A DNA stretch of 64,000 bases from NCBI GenBank assembly GCA_034111085.1, contig JAWUXZ010000034.1, positions 108,169 to 172,168 of the forward strand, given 5' to 3'. Below, piece after piece: positions 38,347-46,979 of the stretch. Position 1 is the stretch's first letter, and every line of letters starts with the position of its first letter. The translations under genes and the position numbers were made by a program. The stretch is from Dinoroseobacter sp. (GTDB lineage Bacteria; Pseudomonadota; Alphaproteobacteria; Rhodobacterales; Rhodobacteraceae). Below the pieces are notes generated by a model, which was not told the origin of the DNA, did not search any database, and was given only the letters and a program-made list of their open reading frames with translations.

Positions 38347-39071
38347 GATACGCTTGGCAATATTTCCGGTCGCTGGTGTTCATTATTCAAATGTATCTGA
38401 TGATGGCGATCCTTTCGATTTTCTTCATGCCATACGCCTTGATCTCCCGGCGCGGCGCTTACGAGGGGTGCAGAACGTATTGCCGCTGGGTGCGCTGGAC
38501 TGCTGGCTGGATGATCGGACTAAAGACCGAGGTGCGCGGCACGCCGCCTGTTGGCGAGGCGATCATTGCGGCCAAGCACCAAAGTTTCCTTGATATCCTG
38601 CTGATTGTGTCGGTGATCCACGAGCCGAAATTTATCATGAAGGCCGAGCTGAAATATGCTCCCTTTCTCGGTTGGTTCGGCACGCGCATCGGAAATATTG
38701 CCGTGGATCGCAAGCGTAAGGCCGGGGCGGTGATCCAGATGGTGAACCAAGTCAAAGATCCGAACGCGCCCAAAGGCCAGTTGATTATCTATCCCCAAGG
38801 CACCCGCGTCGCCCCCGGTGTGGACAAGCCCTACAAGGCGGGCGTTGGCGCACTTTACGCGGCCCTGGGTCAGCCGTGCTATCCGGCTGGTACCAATGTG
38901 GGCGTGTTCTGGCCGCGCCACGGGATCTACCGCGCGCCCGGCTTGGCTGTGGTCGAGTTTTTGCCGGTTATTGAGGCGGGTCTTGGAATTTCAGAGTTTA
39001 TGGAGCGGGTTGAAAGCGTGGTCGAAGAGTCCTCGGACCGTCTGATGGCGGAGGCAGGGTTCAAAGCGTGA
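38343..39071 (+). CDS. plsC: 1-acyl-sn-glycerol-3-phosphate acyltransferase family
   Basis: KHQSFLD (HX4D), YPQGTR. Confidence 0.88.
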   Translation: MRYAWQYFRSLVFIIQMYLMMAILSIFFMPYALISRRGAYEGCRTYCRWVRWTAGWMIGLKTEVRGTPPVGEAIIAAKHQSFLDILLIVSVIHEPKFIMKAELKYAPFLGWFGTRIGNIAVDRKRKAGAVIQMVNQVKDPNAPKGQLIIYPQGTRVAPGVDKPYKAGVGALYAALGQPCYPAGTNVGVFWPRHGIYRAPGLAVVEFLPVIEAGLGISEFMERVESVVEESSDRLMAEAGFKA

Positions 39072-39676
39072 TGGACCGGATCGACAGTATCGCCGGACTA
39101 GAGGCGCATTATGGCAAACCGGGTGCTGCGTCCTTGAAGAAGGTCACCGCCTTTCTGACGCCCGCCTACCGCAGATGGGTGGAAGCGTCGCGGTTTTGCA
39201 TCCTGACCACAGTTGGCAGCACGGGCACCGACGGCTCTCCGCGCGGGGATGACGGGCCGGTGGTCACAGTGCTCGACCCTCAAACGCTGGCCATGCCGGA
39301 TTGGCGCGGCAACAACCGCCTCGATTCGCTGCGCAACATCGTCGAGGATGGGCGCGTGTCGCTGATGTTGATGGTGCCGGGCAATATCAACGTGATCCGC
39401 ATTAACGGCAGTGCGATTGTGACGACAGACCCTGATCTGCGCGCGCGGTTTGAGCGCGAAGGCGGCAAGCAGCCCGCGACGGTTATCGTGATCCAAATTG
39501 CTGAGGTTTACAGCCAGTGTGCCCGTGCTTTGATGCGCTCGGCGCTTTGGAAGGGCGACTATCAGGGCGATCTGCCAAGCGTGGGTGACATGCTGGACGA
39601 GATTTCGTCGGGCGAGATCGATGGCGGGACTTATGACGCCGAATGGATGCCGAGGGCAAAGAAGACCATGTGGTAG
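39068..39676 (+). CDS. Pyridoxamine 5'-phosphate oxidase-family FMN-binding protein
   Basis: DGSPRGD, PDWRGNNRLDSLRNI, CARALMRS.LW. Confidence 0.88.
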   Translation: MMDRIDSIAGLEAHYGKPGAASLKKVTAFLTPAYRRWVEASRFCILTTVGSTGTDGSPRGDDGPVVTVLDPQTLAMPDWRGNNRLDSLRNIVEDGRVSLMLMVPGNINVIRINGSAIVTTDPDLRARFEREGGKQPATVIVIQIAEVYSQCARALMRSALWKGDYQGDLPSVGDMLDEISSGEIDGGTYDAEWMPRAKKTMW

Positions 39677-39862
39677 GCCGCGGCTGTCTCGATCGGTTTG
39701 AGGCAGTATATCAGCCTGCAAATGCGCATTCAGGCCCCTATGTTTTAGCCCACCCCGCCCCACAAATGCTGCACCCTCAAAAAGAACGTTGCGCCTGTTT
39801 GCGCAATAATCTACCCCATTACGCATCTCGATTGATATATCCTTACGTCTCGGAGTTTGCCG

Positions 39863-40822
39863 ATGTCCTTCCGCCTACAACCCGCCCCTGTCGCGCGTCC
39901 CAATCGCTGCCAGCTTTTTGGCCCCGGCTCCAACACCAAGCTATTTGCCAAGATGGCGGCGAGTGCAGCGGATGTGATCAACCTCGATCTCGAAGACAGT
40001 GTAGCGCCGTCGGACAAAGCCACCGCGCGCGCCAATGTGATCCAAGCCATCAACGAGGTCGATTGGAACACCAAGCACCTGAGCGTGCGAATCAACGGGC
40101 TCGACACGCCGTATTGGTACAAAGACGTGGTTGATGTGCTGGAACAGGCAGGCGACCGGCTTGACCAGATTATGATCCCCAAGGTCGGATGCGCCGCCGA
40201 TGTCTACGCTGTCGATGCGCTTGTTACCGCGATTGAGGCCGCCAAAGGCCGTCAGAAACCCATCGCTTTCGAGGTCATCATCGAAAGTGCCGCCGGAATC
40301 GCCCATGTCGAAGAAATCGCCGCCTCCAGCCCGCGCTTGCAAGCCATGAGCCTTGGTGCCGCTGATTTCGCCGCCTCTATGGGGATGCAGACAACCGGAA
40401 TCGGTGGGACCCAAGAAAACTATTATATGGCGCGCGAAGGCCAAAAATACTGGTCCGATCCGTGGCACTGGGCGCAAGCCGCAATCGTGGCCGCATGCCG
40501 GACCCATGGGGTTTTGCCCGTAGATGGCCCGTTTGGCGATTTCTCGGATGATGAGGGCTTTCGCGCCCAAGCGCTGCGATCCGCTACGCTGGGAATGGTC
40601 GGAAAATGGGCGATCCATCCCAAGCAGATTGCAATTGCCAACGAGGTGTTCACGCCGTCGCAGGCCGCTGTGGCCGAGGCCCGCGAGATCATTGCTGCGA
40701 TGGATCAGGCCAAAAAAGATGGGGCAGGGGCCACTGTCTACAAGGGACGTCTGGTCGACATTGCATCGATCAAGCAGGCCGAAGTGATCGTGAAGCAATC
40801 GGAAATGATCGCGGGGGCTTAA
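39863..40822 (+). CDS. mcl1: L-malyl-CoA/beta-methylmalyl-CoA lyase
   Basis: MSFRLQPAPVARPNRCQLFGPGS, DLEDSVAP, GKWAIHPKQI, closely resembling Rhodobacter Mcl1. Confidence 0.93.
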   Translation: MSFRLQPAPVARPNRCQLFGPGSNTKLFAKMAASAADVINLDLEDSVAPSDKATARANVIQAINEVDWNTKHLSVRINGLDTPYWYKDVVDVLEQAGDRLDQIMIPKVGCAADVYAVDALVTAIEAAKGRQKPIAFEVIIESAAGIAHVEEIAASSPRLQAMSLGAADFAASMGMQTTGIGGTQENYYMAREGQKYWSDPWHWAQAAIVAACRTHGVLPVDGPFGDFSDDEGFRAQALRSATLGMVGKWAIHPKQIAIANEVFTPSQAAVAEAREIIAAMDQAKKDGAGATVYKGRLVDIASIKQAEVIVKQSEMIAGA

Positions 40823-40825
40823 AGC

Positions 40826-40854
40826 GTTCGGGGCATGTCACCCATGCCCCGAAC
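40826..40854. terminator. Hairpin between convergent mcl1 and AraC genes
   Basis: GTTCGGGGCATG-TCACC-CATGCCCCGAAC perfect 12-bp stem; no strong U-tract. Confidence 0.55.
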
Positions 40855-40863
40855 CAGCGCAAC

Positions 40864-41700
40864 CTAGCGCAGTGGCAAACAAATCTGCGTCAGCAAGTCA
40901 TCCGGTGCAGTATCCGCAGGCGCATTCAAATAGTTCTCGTAGACAGGCGCATCGGCTGCCTCCTCGCCTGATTTCGGCAACCACATCCCGAAAAGGTAGT
41001 CGTATGCGCCTTTCAGCCCGGCATAGGGGCCCTTGAAGGTCAGTACAGCAGTCTTACCGCCTTGGGTCGTGGCCTCGTCAAACCCTTCGGGCATAGCCGC
41101 GCCGTCTGCCAAAACGATACCGCCTTGGCTGCGCAGCTCGGCTACGGGCACGGCGTTCGGATCGTCGTAGTAGATGCCCGACATGCCGCGCGCATCGCGC
41201 CATAGATTGCGCGCAGTGAACGTGGCGCTGATGGTCTCGAAGACCTTGCCGATCTCTAGATACGCGCCTGTGTGGGGCATAGCTGCGAGGCGCTGAGTGG
41301 GGACGGTTTTGATTGTGACATCATACATTGTGAATTCCTGTTCCGATTTGCGATGAAGCGGCGACACGAGATCGCCACGTTTTCGGAACGCCCCCGGAGC
41401 CATGCCATAGGCCACCCGAAACCCGCGCCCAAAGCTCTGGACGCTTTCAAACCCAGTCTCCTTGGCGATGGCCGCGATGCTTCGGTCGGTCTGCAACAAC
41501 AAACACGCCGCACGGTGCACACGAATGCGCCGCACCGCAGCCGCACAAGTTTCCCCGGTCATGCCGTGAAAAACGCGGTGCCAGTGAAACCGTGACATCG
41601 CCGCGACATCGGCCAATGTGTCCAACGACAGATCTCCGGCGGGATTGTCGTGGATATAGGCCAACACACGGCGCAAGCGGGTCTCGTAGGCAGCAGACAT
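40864..41700 (-). CDS. AraC family regulator with C-terminal GyrI-like ligand-binding domain
   Basis: LADVAAMSRFHWHRVF, GF.S...F.R.F; GyrI-like HTGAY, F.GPY..L..AY..L.G.WLP, E.YLN. Confidence 0.92.
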   Translation of the reverse strand: MSAAYETRLRRVLAYIHDNPAGDLSLDTLADVAAMSRFHWHRVFHGMTGETCAAAVRRIRVHRAACLLLQTDRSIAAIAKETGFESVQSFGRGFRVAYGMAPGAFRKRGDLVSPLHRKSEQEFTMYDVTIKTVPTQRLAAMPHTGAYLEIGKVFETISATFTARNLWRDARGMSGIYYDDPNAVPVAELRSQGGIVLADGAAMPEGFDEATTQGGKTAVLTFKGPYAGLKGAYDYLFGMWLPKSGEEAADAPVYENYLNAPADTAPDDLLTQICLPLR

Positions 41701-41818
41701 GGGCGAGGCTCCTGGTTCGTTCCATGACATACCGTGACATGGGCCCTTTGAACAAATCTTGCCGAGTTGCATCGCCCTCGCAGGAACGCCATATACGGAC
41801 TAAGCGCGCGGAGGCCCC

Positions 41819-42781
41819 ATGAATAATTATCTCGAGTTCGAAAAACCCCTAGCTGAGATTGAAGGCAAGGCGGAAGAGTTGCGTGCCATGGGCCGTGCCA
41901 GTCCCGAGATGGACATTGAGGGCGAGGCAAAAGCGCTCGACGACAAAGCCACTGCGATGCTGGCTGACCTCTATAAATCCCTGACGCCTTGGCGCAAATG
42001 CCAAGTTGCGCGCCATCCCGGCAGGCCCCATTGCCGCGACTACATCAACGAACTTTTCGACGAATACACGCCACTTGCGGGCGACCGGAACTTTGCTGAT
42101 GACCATGCTGTTATGGGCGGTCTTGCGCGCCTCGATGATCGCCCGGTGATGGTGATCGGGCACGAGAAGGGCAACGACACTAAAACCCGGATCGAGCGTA
42201 ATTTTGGCATGGCGCGTCCCGAAGGCTACCGCAAAGCGATCCGCTTGATGAAACTGGCCGATAAGTTTGGCATTCCCGTTGTCACGCTTGTCGACACGCC
42301 CGGCGCCTATCCCGGCAAAGGGGCCGAAGAACGCGGTCAATCCGAAGCCATCGCGCGTGCGACCGAGACTAGTTTGCAACTCAAAGTACCGATCGTGTCG
42401 GTGATCATCGGCGAAGGTGGTTCCGGTGGGGCCGTGGCTTTTGCGACCGCGAGCGAGTTGGCGATGCTTGAGCATTCGATCTACTCGGTGATCTCACCCG
42501 AGGGTTGTGCGTCGATCCTTTGGAAAGACGCCGAGAAAATGCGCGAGGCGGCCGAGGCATTGCGCCTGACAGCCCAAGACCTCATGAAACTCGGCGTAAT
42601 CGACCGCATCATCGACGAGCCTGTGGGCGGCGCACAACGTCACCGCGATCAGGTCATCAAGGGTGTCGGCAAGGCCCTGAACCAGATGTTGAAAAAATAC
42701 GACGGAAAAAGCGGCGACCAGATATTAGCTGCCCGCCGCAAAAAGTTCCTCGACCTTGGATCAAAGGGGCTAGCGGCCTAG
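41819..42781 (+). CDS. accA: Acetyl-CoA carboxylase carboxyltransferase alpha
   Basis: [43 protein letters not shown]. Confidence 0.98.
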   Translation: MNNYLEFEKPLAEIEGKAEELRAMGRASPEMDIEGEAKALDDKATAMLADLYKSLTPWRKCQVARHPGRPHCRDYINELFDEYTPLAGDRNFADDHAVMGGLARLDDRPVMVIGHEKGNDTKTRIERNFGMARPEGYRKAIRLMKLADKFGIPVVTLVDTPGAYPGKGAEERGQSEAIARATETSLQLKVPIVSVIIGEGGSGGAVAFATASELAMLEHSIYSVISPEGCASILWKDAEKMREAAEALRLTAQDLMKLGVIDRIIDEPVGGAQRHRDQVIKGVGKALNQMLKKYDGKSGDQILAARRKKFLDLGSKGLAA

Positions 42782-42784
42782 GCT

Positions 42785-43315
42785 CTAGCTCCGCTTCCCA
42801 AACCACATCCGCCCAAACAGGCCATCACGCTTGCCGAACTGGTGGTAAAGTGCGGCTGCAATATGCAGCGCGATCAATGCGGCCAGCAGTTTTGTCAAAA
42901 TGCCATGGGCCGCACGCGGCGCCAGATCGTCGAATGTCTCGGGCAACGGCGCGCCTGAGCCGAAGAACACGATGTCCGGCAGACCTGCGAATGCCGAAAT
43001 GCCGATGCCGCTTGCGATCACCAGAAACACCAGCCCGTAAAGTGCCCAATGGGTCCAGACGCCAACACGGTCCAGCATGGCATTGCCCGTTGCCGCGTGG
43101 GGCGGTTTGCTGCTGACAAACCGCGTGACCAGACGCACGAGCATCAACACAAGGATCACCGCGCCGACCCCCATATGCACCCGCAAGGCGAATATCTTGC
43201 CCGGATCTACATTCGGCATCTTCGCCAATATCTGCCCCCCAATAATCAAGCCGCCAATAATCATCGCAGCAAGCAGCCAGTGGAGAACAACAAGCAGGGG
43301 GTGGTATCGGGTCAT
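42785..43315 (-). CDS. Cytochrome b561 family di-haem membrane protein
   Basis: LHWLLA, RVHMGVG, THWALY, ALHIAAALYHQF..RD....RM. Confidence 0.88.
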   Translation of the reverse strand: MTRYHPLLVVLHWLLAAMIIGGLIIGGQILAKMPNVDPGKIFALRVHMGVGAVILVLMLVRLVTRFVSSKPPHAATGNAMLDRVGVWTHWALYGLVFLVIASGIGISAFAGLPDIVFFGSGAPLPETFDDLAPRAAHGILTKLLAALIALHIAAALYHQFGKRDGLFGRMWFGKRS

Positions 43316-43359
43316 GGGTGCACCTTTGGATAACACGCGTGGATGTCTAGATTTTGTTA

Positions 43360-43379
43360 ATAGTTGCCCTTGCAATAAT
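43360..43379. promoter_or_regulatory. Putative MarR operator
   Basis: ATAGTTGC-CCTT-GCAATAAT imperfect dyad in the AT-rich gap between the divergent cyt b561 and MarR genes. Confidence 0.55.
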
Positions 43380-43412
43380 AGCAAGAGAAACAGTTTTGCG
43401 CTAAGCCAAGGC

Positions 43413-43895
43413 ATGGCTGATTCCTCTGACCCGACCGTACCGATCCCTTCCGGCAAACCTGAGGCGCGCACCGTGCGCGAAGGCTCGTTTGGGTGGATGA
43501 TCCAGACGATTGCGGCGGCAATGAACGCGCGATTGGATGTCGAGCTTGGGCCTCTTGGGCTGACGCGTCACCAGTTCGGCGTGCTGATGATCCTGCTCGA
43601 CAGCGAGGGTATTTCGCAGGCCGATATCGGCAAACGCATCAACCTGCCGGGCTACGCCACCACACGCGGGATGGATGCGCTGGAGGCGTTGGATTTGGTC
43701 CAGCGTCGCCCAGACGCCACCTCTCGGCGCGCCTATAAGGTCTATCTGACGGCAAAGGGACGCGCGCTTGGCCCGACGCTGTTTGAGATCGTAAAGCGGG
43801 TGAATGGCGGCATGGCCGAAGGGCTAAGCGCGGATCAAAAGGACGCTCTGCACGGGGGGCTTACGATCATGGCGGGGAACGCGCGTAAGGCCTAG
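43413..43895 (+). CDS. MarR family transcriptional regulator
   Basis: LGLTRHQFGVL, SQADI, LVQR.PD..SRRAY.V.LT.KG. Confidence 0.92.
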   Translation: MADSSDPTVPIPSGKPEARTVREGSFGWMIQTIAAAMNARLDVELGPLGLTRHQFGVLMILLDSEGISQADIGKRINLPGYATTRGMDALEALDLVQRRPDATSRRAYKVYLTAKGRALGPTLFEIVKRVNGGMAEGLSADQKDALHGGLTIMAGNARKA

Positions 43896-44031
43896 CAAGA
43901 TAGTGGCGAATTTTTCGAGATAGCCGCAAGAATTTTGTGTTAGCATCGTCATTTTCACCGACTAAAGCGAATAAATCCCACGTAGTCTTGGTAAGTTGCC
44001 GCGACTCCTCTCTCAAATACAGGCGCGTGCC

Positions 44032-45033
44032 ATGATCCAGACCCCATACCTCCTGTTCCTCGGCGACGCGCCGGATCCTCTTTCGGCCAAGGTCGCACAA
44101 GGCATCGCCGATTGGCGTCCCGAATTTGCCATCGGTCAGTTCCGCCTGCCCGGATGCAATGCCGATATGGGCCTGCCCGATCTCGACCTCGAAGCTGCGA
44201 AGGCCGCTGGTGCCAAGACCCTCGTCATTGGTGTGGCCAATCGAGGCGGCTATATCTCGCCCGCGTGGAAGCATGTGTTGATCGACGCGCTTATGGCCGG
44301 GTTTGATCTGGCCAGCGGTCTGCATAACCTGCTGAGCGACGAGCCTGATTTGGTAGCCGTGGCCGAGGCCGAAGGTCGGTTGCTACATGATGTGCGCGTG
44401 CCTGACCGTGAATTTCCCATCGCCAGCGGCGTCAAGCGTACTGGCAAGCGTTGCCTTGCAGTGGGCACCGATTGCTCGGTCGGTAAGATGTATACTGCGC
44501 TTGCAATGGACGCAGTGATGCGCGCGCGCGGTATGAAGGTCAGTTTCCGTGCTACAGGCCAAACCGGCATCCTGATCACCGGGGGCGGCATTCCATTGGA
44601 CGCGGTCGTTGCGGATTTCATGGCGGGTTCTGTCGAGTGGCTGACACCGGATAATGATCCTGACCATTGGGACTTGATCGAGGGCCAAGGCAGCCTGTTT
44701 CACGCATCCTATTCTGGGGTCTCGCTTGCGCTGATCCACGGGGGCGCACCCGATGCACTGATCCTCAGCCACGAGCCGTCGCGCCCTCATATGCGCGGAT
44801 TGCCGGGCTATGATCTGCCGTCGCTCGAAGCCCTCCGCGATCTGTCGTTAACTATGGCGCATGTGGTGAACCCGGCCTGCAAAGTCATTGGCATTTCGGT
44901 TAACACCAAGGCGCTATCTGAGGTTGAGGCCCACGCCTATCTTGCCGAGGTTGAGGCACGTATGGGCTTGCCAGCCGTCGATCCGTTCCGCCAAGGGGCC
45001 GAGCGTTTGGTCGATGCGCTCGCGCAGGTTTAA
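44032..45033 (+). CDS. dgcN: DUF1611 family / D-glutamate N-acetyltransferase DgcN
   Basis: AKVAQGI..WRP, ASGLH, VGTDCSVGKMYT, ATGQTGI, IEGQGSL. Confidence 0.9.
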   Translation: MIQTPYLLFLGDAPDPLSAKVAQGIADWRPEFAIGQFRLPGCNADMGLPDLDLEAAKAAGAKTLVIGVANRGGYISPAWKHVLIDALMAGFDLASGLHNLLSDEPDLVAVAEAEGRLLHDVRVPDREFPIASGVKRTGKRCLAVGTDCSVGKMYTALAMDAVMRARGMKVSFRATGQTGILITGGGIPLDAVVADFMAGSVEWLTPDNDPDHWDLIEGQGSLFHASYSGVSLALIHGGAPDALILSHEPSRPHMRGLPGYDLPSLEALRDLSLTMAHVVNPACKVIGISVNTKALSEVEAHAYLAEVEARMGLPAVDPFRQGAERLVDALAQV

Positions 45034-45061
45034 GCAATTTGATCAATAAGAAGGCCCGGAC

Positions 45062-46024
45062 ATGATCAAGGTTTTCCAAGACACGTTTCAGTTGGCGGAG
45101 GTTTTCACCATCGCACGCGGCTCACGGACTGAGGCGCATGTGCTGCGGGTGGAAATCACGCGCGGTGGTCTGACGGGCCGGGGCGAATGCGTGCCATATG
45201 CGCGCTACGGTGAAAGCATGGACAGCGTGACCGCGCTGGTTGATGGATTGCCCGAAGGCATCGACCGCGCCACCTTGCAGGACGCGCTGCCCGCCGGTGC
45301 CGCGCGCAATGCCGTCGATTGTGCGCTCTGGGATCTAGAGGCCAAGCAGACTGGCAAGCGCGCTTGGCAGATCGCCGGATTGCCGAAGCCGGGGCCAGAG
45401 ATCACCGCGTTTACCCTGTCGCTGGATACGCCCGACAAAATGCAAGCCTCTGCCGCGCGCCACGCTTACCGCCCGCTTCTGAAGATCAAGCTGGGCACGC
45501 CCGATGACATGGCGCGGCTCGAAGCTGTGCGGCGCGGCGCTCCAAACGCCAAGATCATCATCGACGCCAATGAGGGCTGGAGCGCGGAAGTCTATGCCGA
45601 TCTGGCCCCCCATCTAGGCCGCCTTGGTGTGGCGCTGGTCGAACAACCTTTGCCCGCCGGAGCCGACGATATGCTGGCCGAGATCGCGCGCCCCATTCCG
45701 GTTTGCGCCGACGAATCCTGCCATGATCGCGCGTCCTTGCCAGACCTCAAAGGCAAGTACGATATGGTGAACCTTAAGCTCGACAAAACCGGGGGGCTGA
45801 CCGAGGGGCTCGCGTTGAAACAGGCCGCGTTGGCGCAGGGCTACAGTCTGATGGTGGGCTGCATGGTTGGCTCATCGCTGGCGATGGCACCCGCGACGTT
45901 GCTGGCCCAAGGTGCTGCCTATACCGACCTAGATGGCCCGCTTTTACTGGCCGAAGACCGCGATCCGGCGCTGGCGTTTGACGTGGATGGTGTGCACCCG
46001 CCCGAGCCCGCACTTTGGGGTTAA
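45062..46024 (+). CDS. dgcA: Enolase-superfamily epimerase / N-acetyl-D-Glu racemase DgcA
   Basis: GECVPY.RYGE, LKIKLG, DANEGW, EQP, ADESC, KLDKTGG, DLDGP. Confidence 0.9.
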   Translation: MIKVFQDTFQLAEVFTIARGSRTEAHVLRVEITRGGLTGRGECVPYARYGESMDSVTALVDGLPEGIDRATLQDALPAGAARNAVDCALWDLEAKQTGKRAWQIAGLPKPGPEITAFTLSLDTPDKMQASAARHAYRPLLKIKLGTPDDMARLEAVRRGAPNAKIIIDANEGWSAEVYADLAPHLGRLGVALVEQPLPAGADDMLAEIARPIPVCADESCHDRASLPDLKGKYDMVNLKLDKTGGLTEGLALKQAALAQGYSLMVGCMVGSSLAMAPATLLAQGAAYTDLDGPLLLAEDRDPALAFDVDGVHPPEPALWG

Positions 46025-46085
46025 TGCTTGACGGACCAGCCCGTCGCGGTCCACGACATGCCGAACACGCAAGGGGAGCAGACAG

Positions 46086-46943
46086 ATGAGCCGCACAGTT
46101 TACGTCAACGGTGAGTACGTGCCCGAGGCGGAGGCGAAAGTCTCTGTATTCGACCGGGGTTTCCTGTTTGCCGATGGGGTCTACGAGGTCACAAGCGTGC
46201 TCGAAGGCAAGCTGATTGATTTTGCAGGCCACGCCAAACGCCTCGCGCGCTCGCTGGGCGAGTTGGAAATGGCGACGCCTTGCTCGGACGACGCGTTGCT
46301 CGAAATCCACCGCCAACTGATCAGTCGTAATGACCTGACCGAAGGCCTGATCTACCTGCAAGTCACGCGCGGCGCAGCAGATCGCGATTTCGCGTATCCC
46401 GCTGAAGGTACGCCACCCACGCTGGTGATGTTCACCCAAGCCAAGCAGATCGCCGTCAGTGCTGCGGCGGAAACCGGCCTCAAAGTCATCTCCATTGCTG
46501 ACGAGCGTTGGGGCCGTCGCGACATCAAGACTGTGCAACTGCTCTATCCGTCGATGGGCAAGATGATGGCGAAAGCCGCTGGGGCCGATGACGCATGGAT
46601 GGTCGAAGACGGCTTCGTGACCGAGGGCACTTCGAACAACGCCTATATCGTCACGCGCGAAGGCACGATCGTCACGCGACATCTGTCCACCGAAATCCTG
46701 CACGGGATCACCCGCGCGGCTGTTCTGAGAATGGCAGCCGAGGCGCAGATGACCATCGAAGAACGCCCTTTCACGATTGAAGAAGCGCAACATGCCCAAG
46801 AGGCTTTCATTACCTCGGCCAGCAGTTTCGTGATGCCGATTGTCGAGATTGACGGCGAGGCCATCGGCGAAGGCAAGCCCGGTAGCATCGCCAAGCGGCT
46901 GCGCGAAATCTATCTCGACGAGAGCCGCGCAGCAGCGGTCTGA
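46086..46943 (+). CDS. dat: D-amino-acid transaminase (PLP fold IV)
   Basis: DRGFLFADGVYEV, RWGRRDIKTVQLL, TEGTSNN, ILHGITR. Confidence 0.92.
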   Translation: MSRTVYVNGEYVPEAEAKVSVFDRGFLFADGVYEVTSVLEGKLIDFAGHAKRLARSLGELEMATPCSDDALLEIHRQLISRNDLTEGLIYLQVTRGAADRDFAYPAEGTPPTLVMFTQAKQIAVSAAAETGLKVISIADERWGRRDIKTVQLLYPSMGKMMAKAAGADDAWMVEDGFVTEGTSNNAYIVTREGTIVTRHLSTEILHGITRAAVLRMAAEAQMTIEERPFTIEEAQHAQEAFITSASSFVMPIVEIDGEAIGEGKPGSIAKRLREIYLDESRAAAV

Positions 46944-46951
46944 AGCGGATA

Positions 46952-46974
46952 AGGGCGCCCAAATCAGGCGCCCT
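46952..46974. terminator. Hairpin between convergent dat and di-haem genes
   Basis: AGGGCGCC-CAAATCA-GGCGCCCT. Confidence 0.5.
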
Positions 46975-46979
46975 CATTG

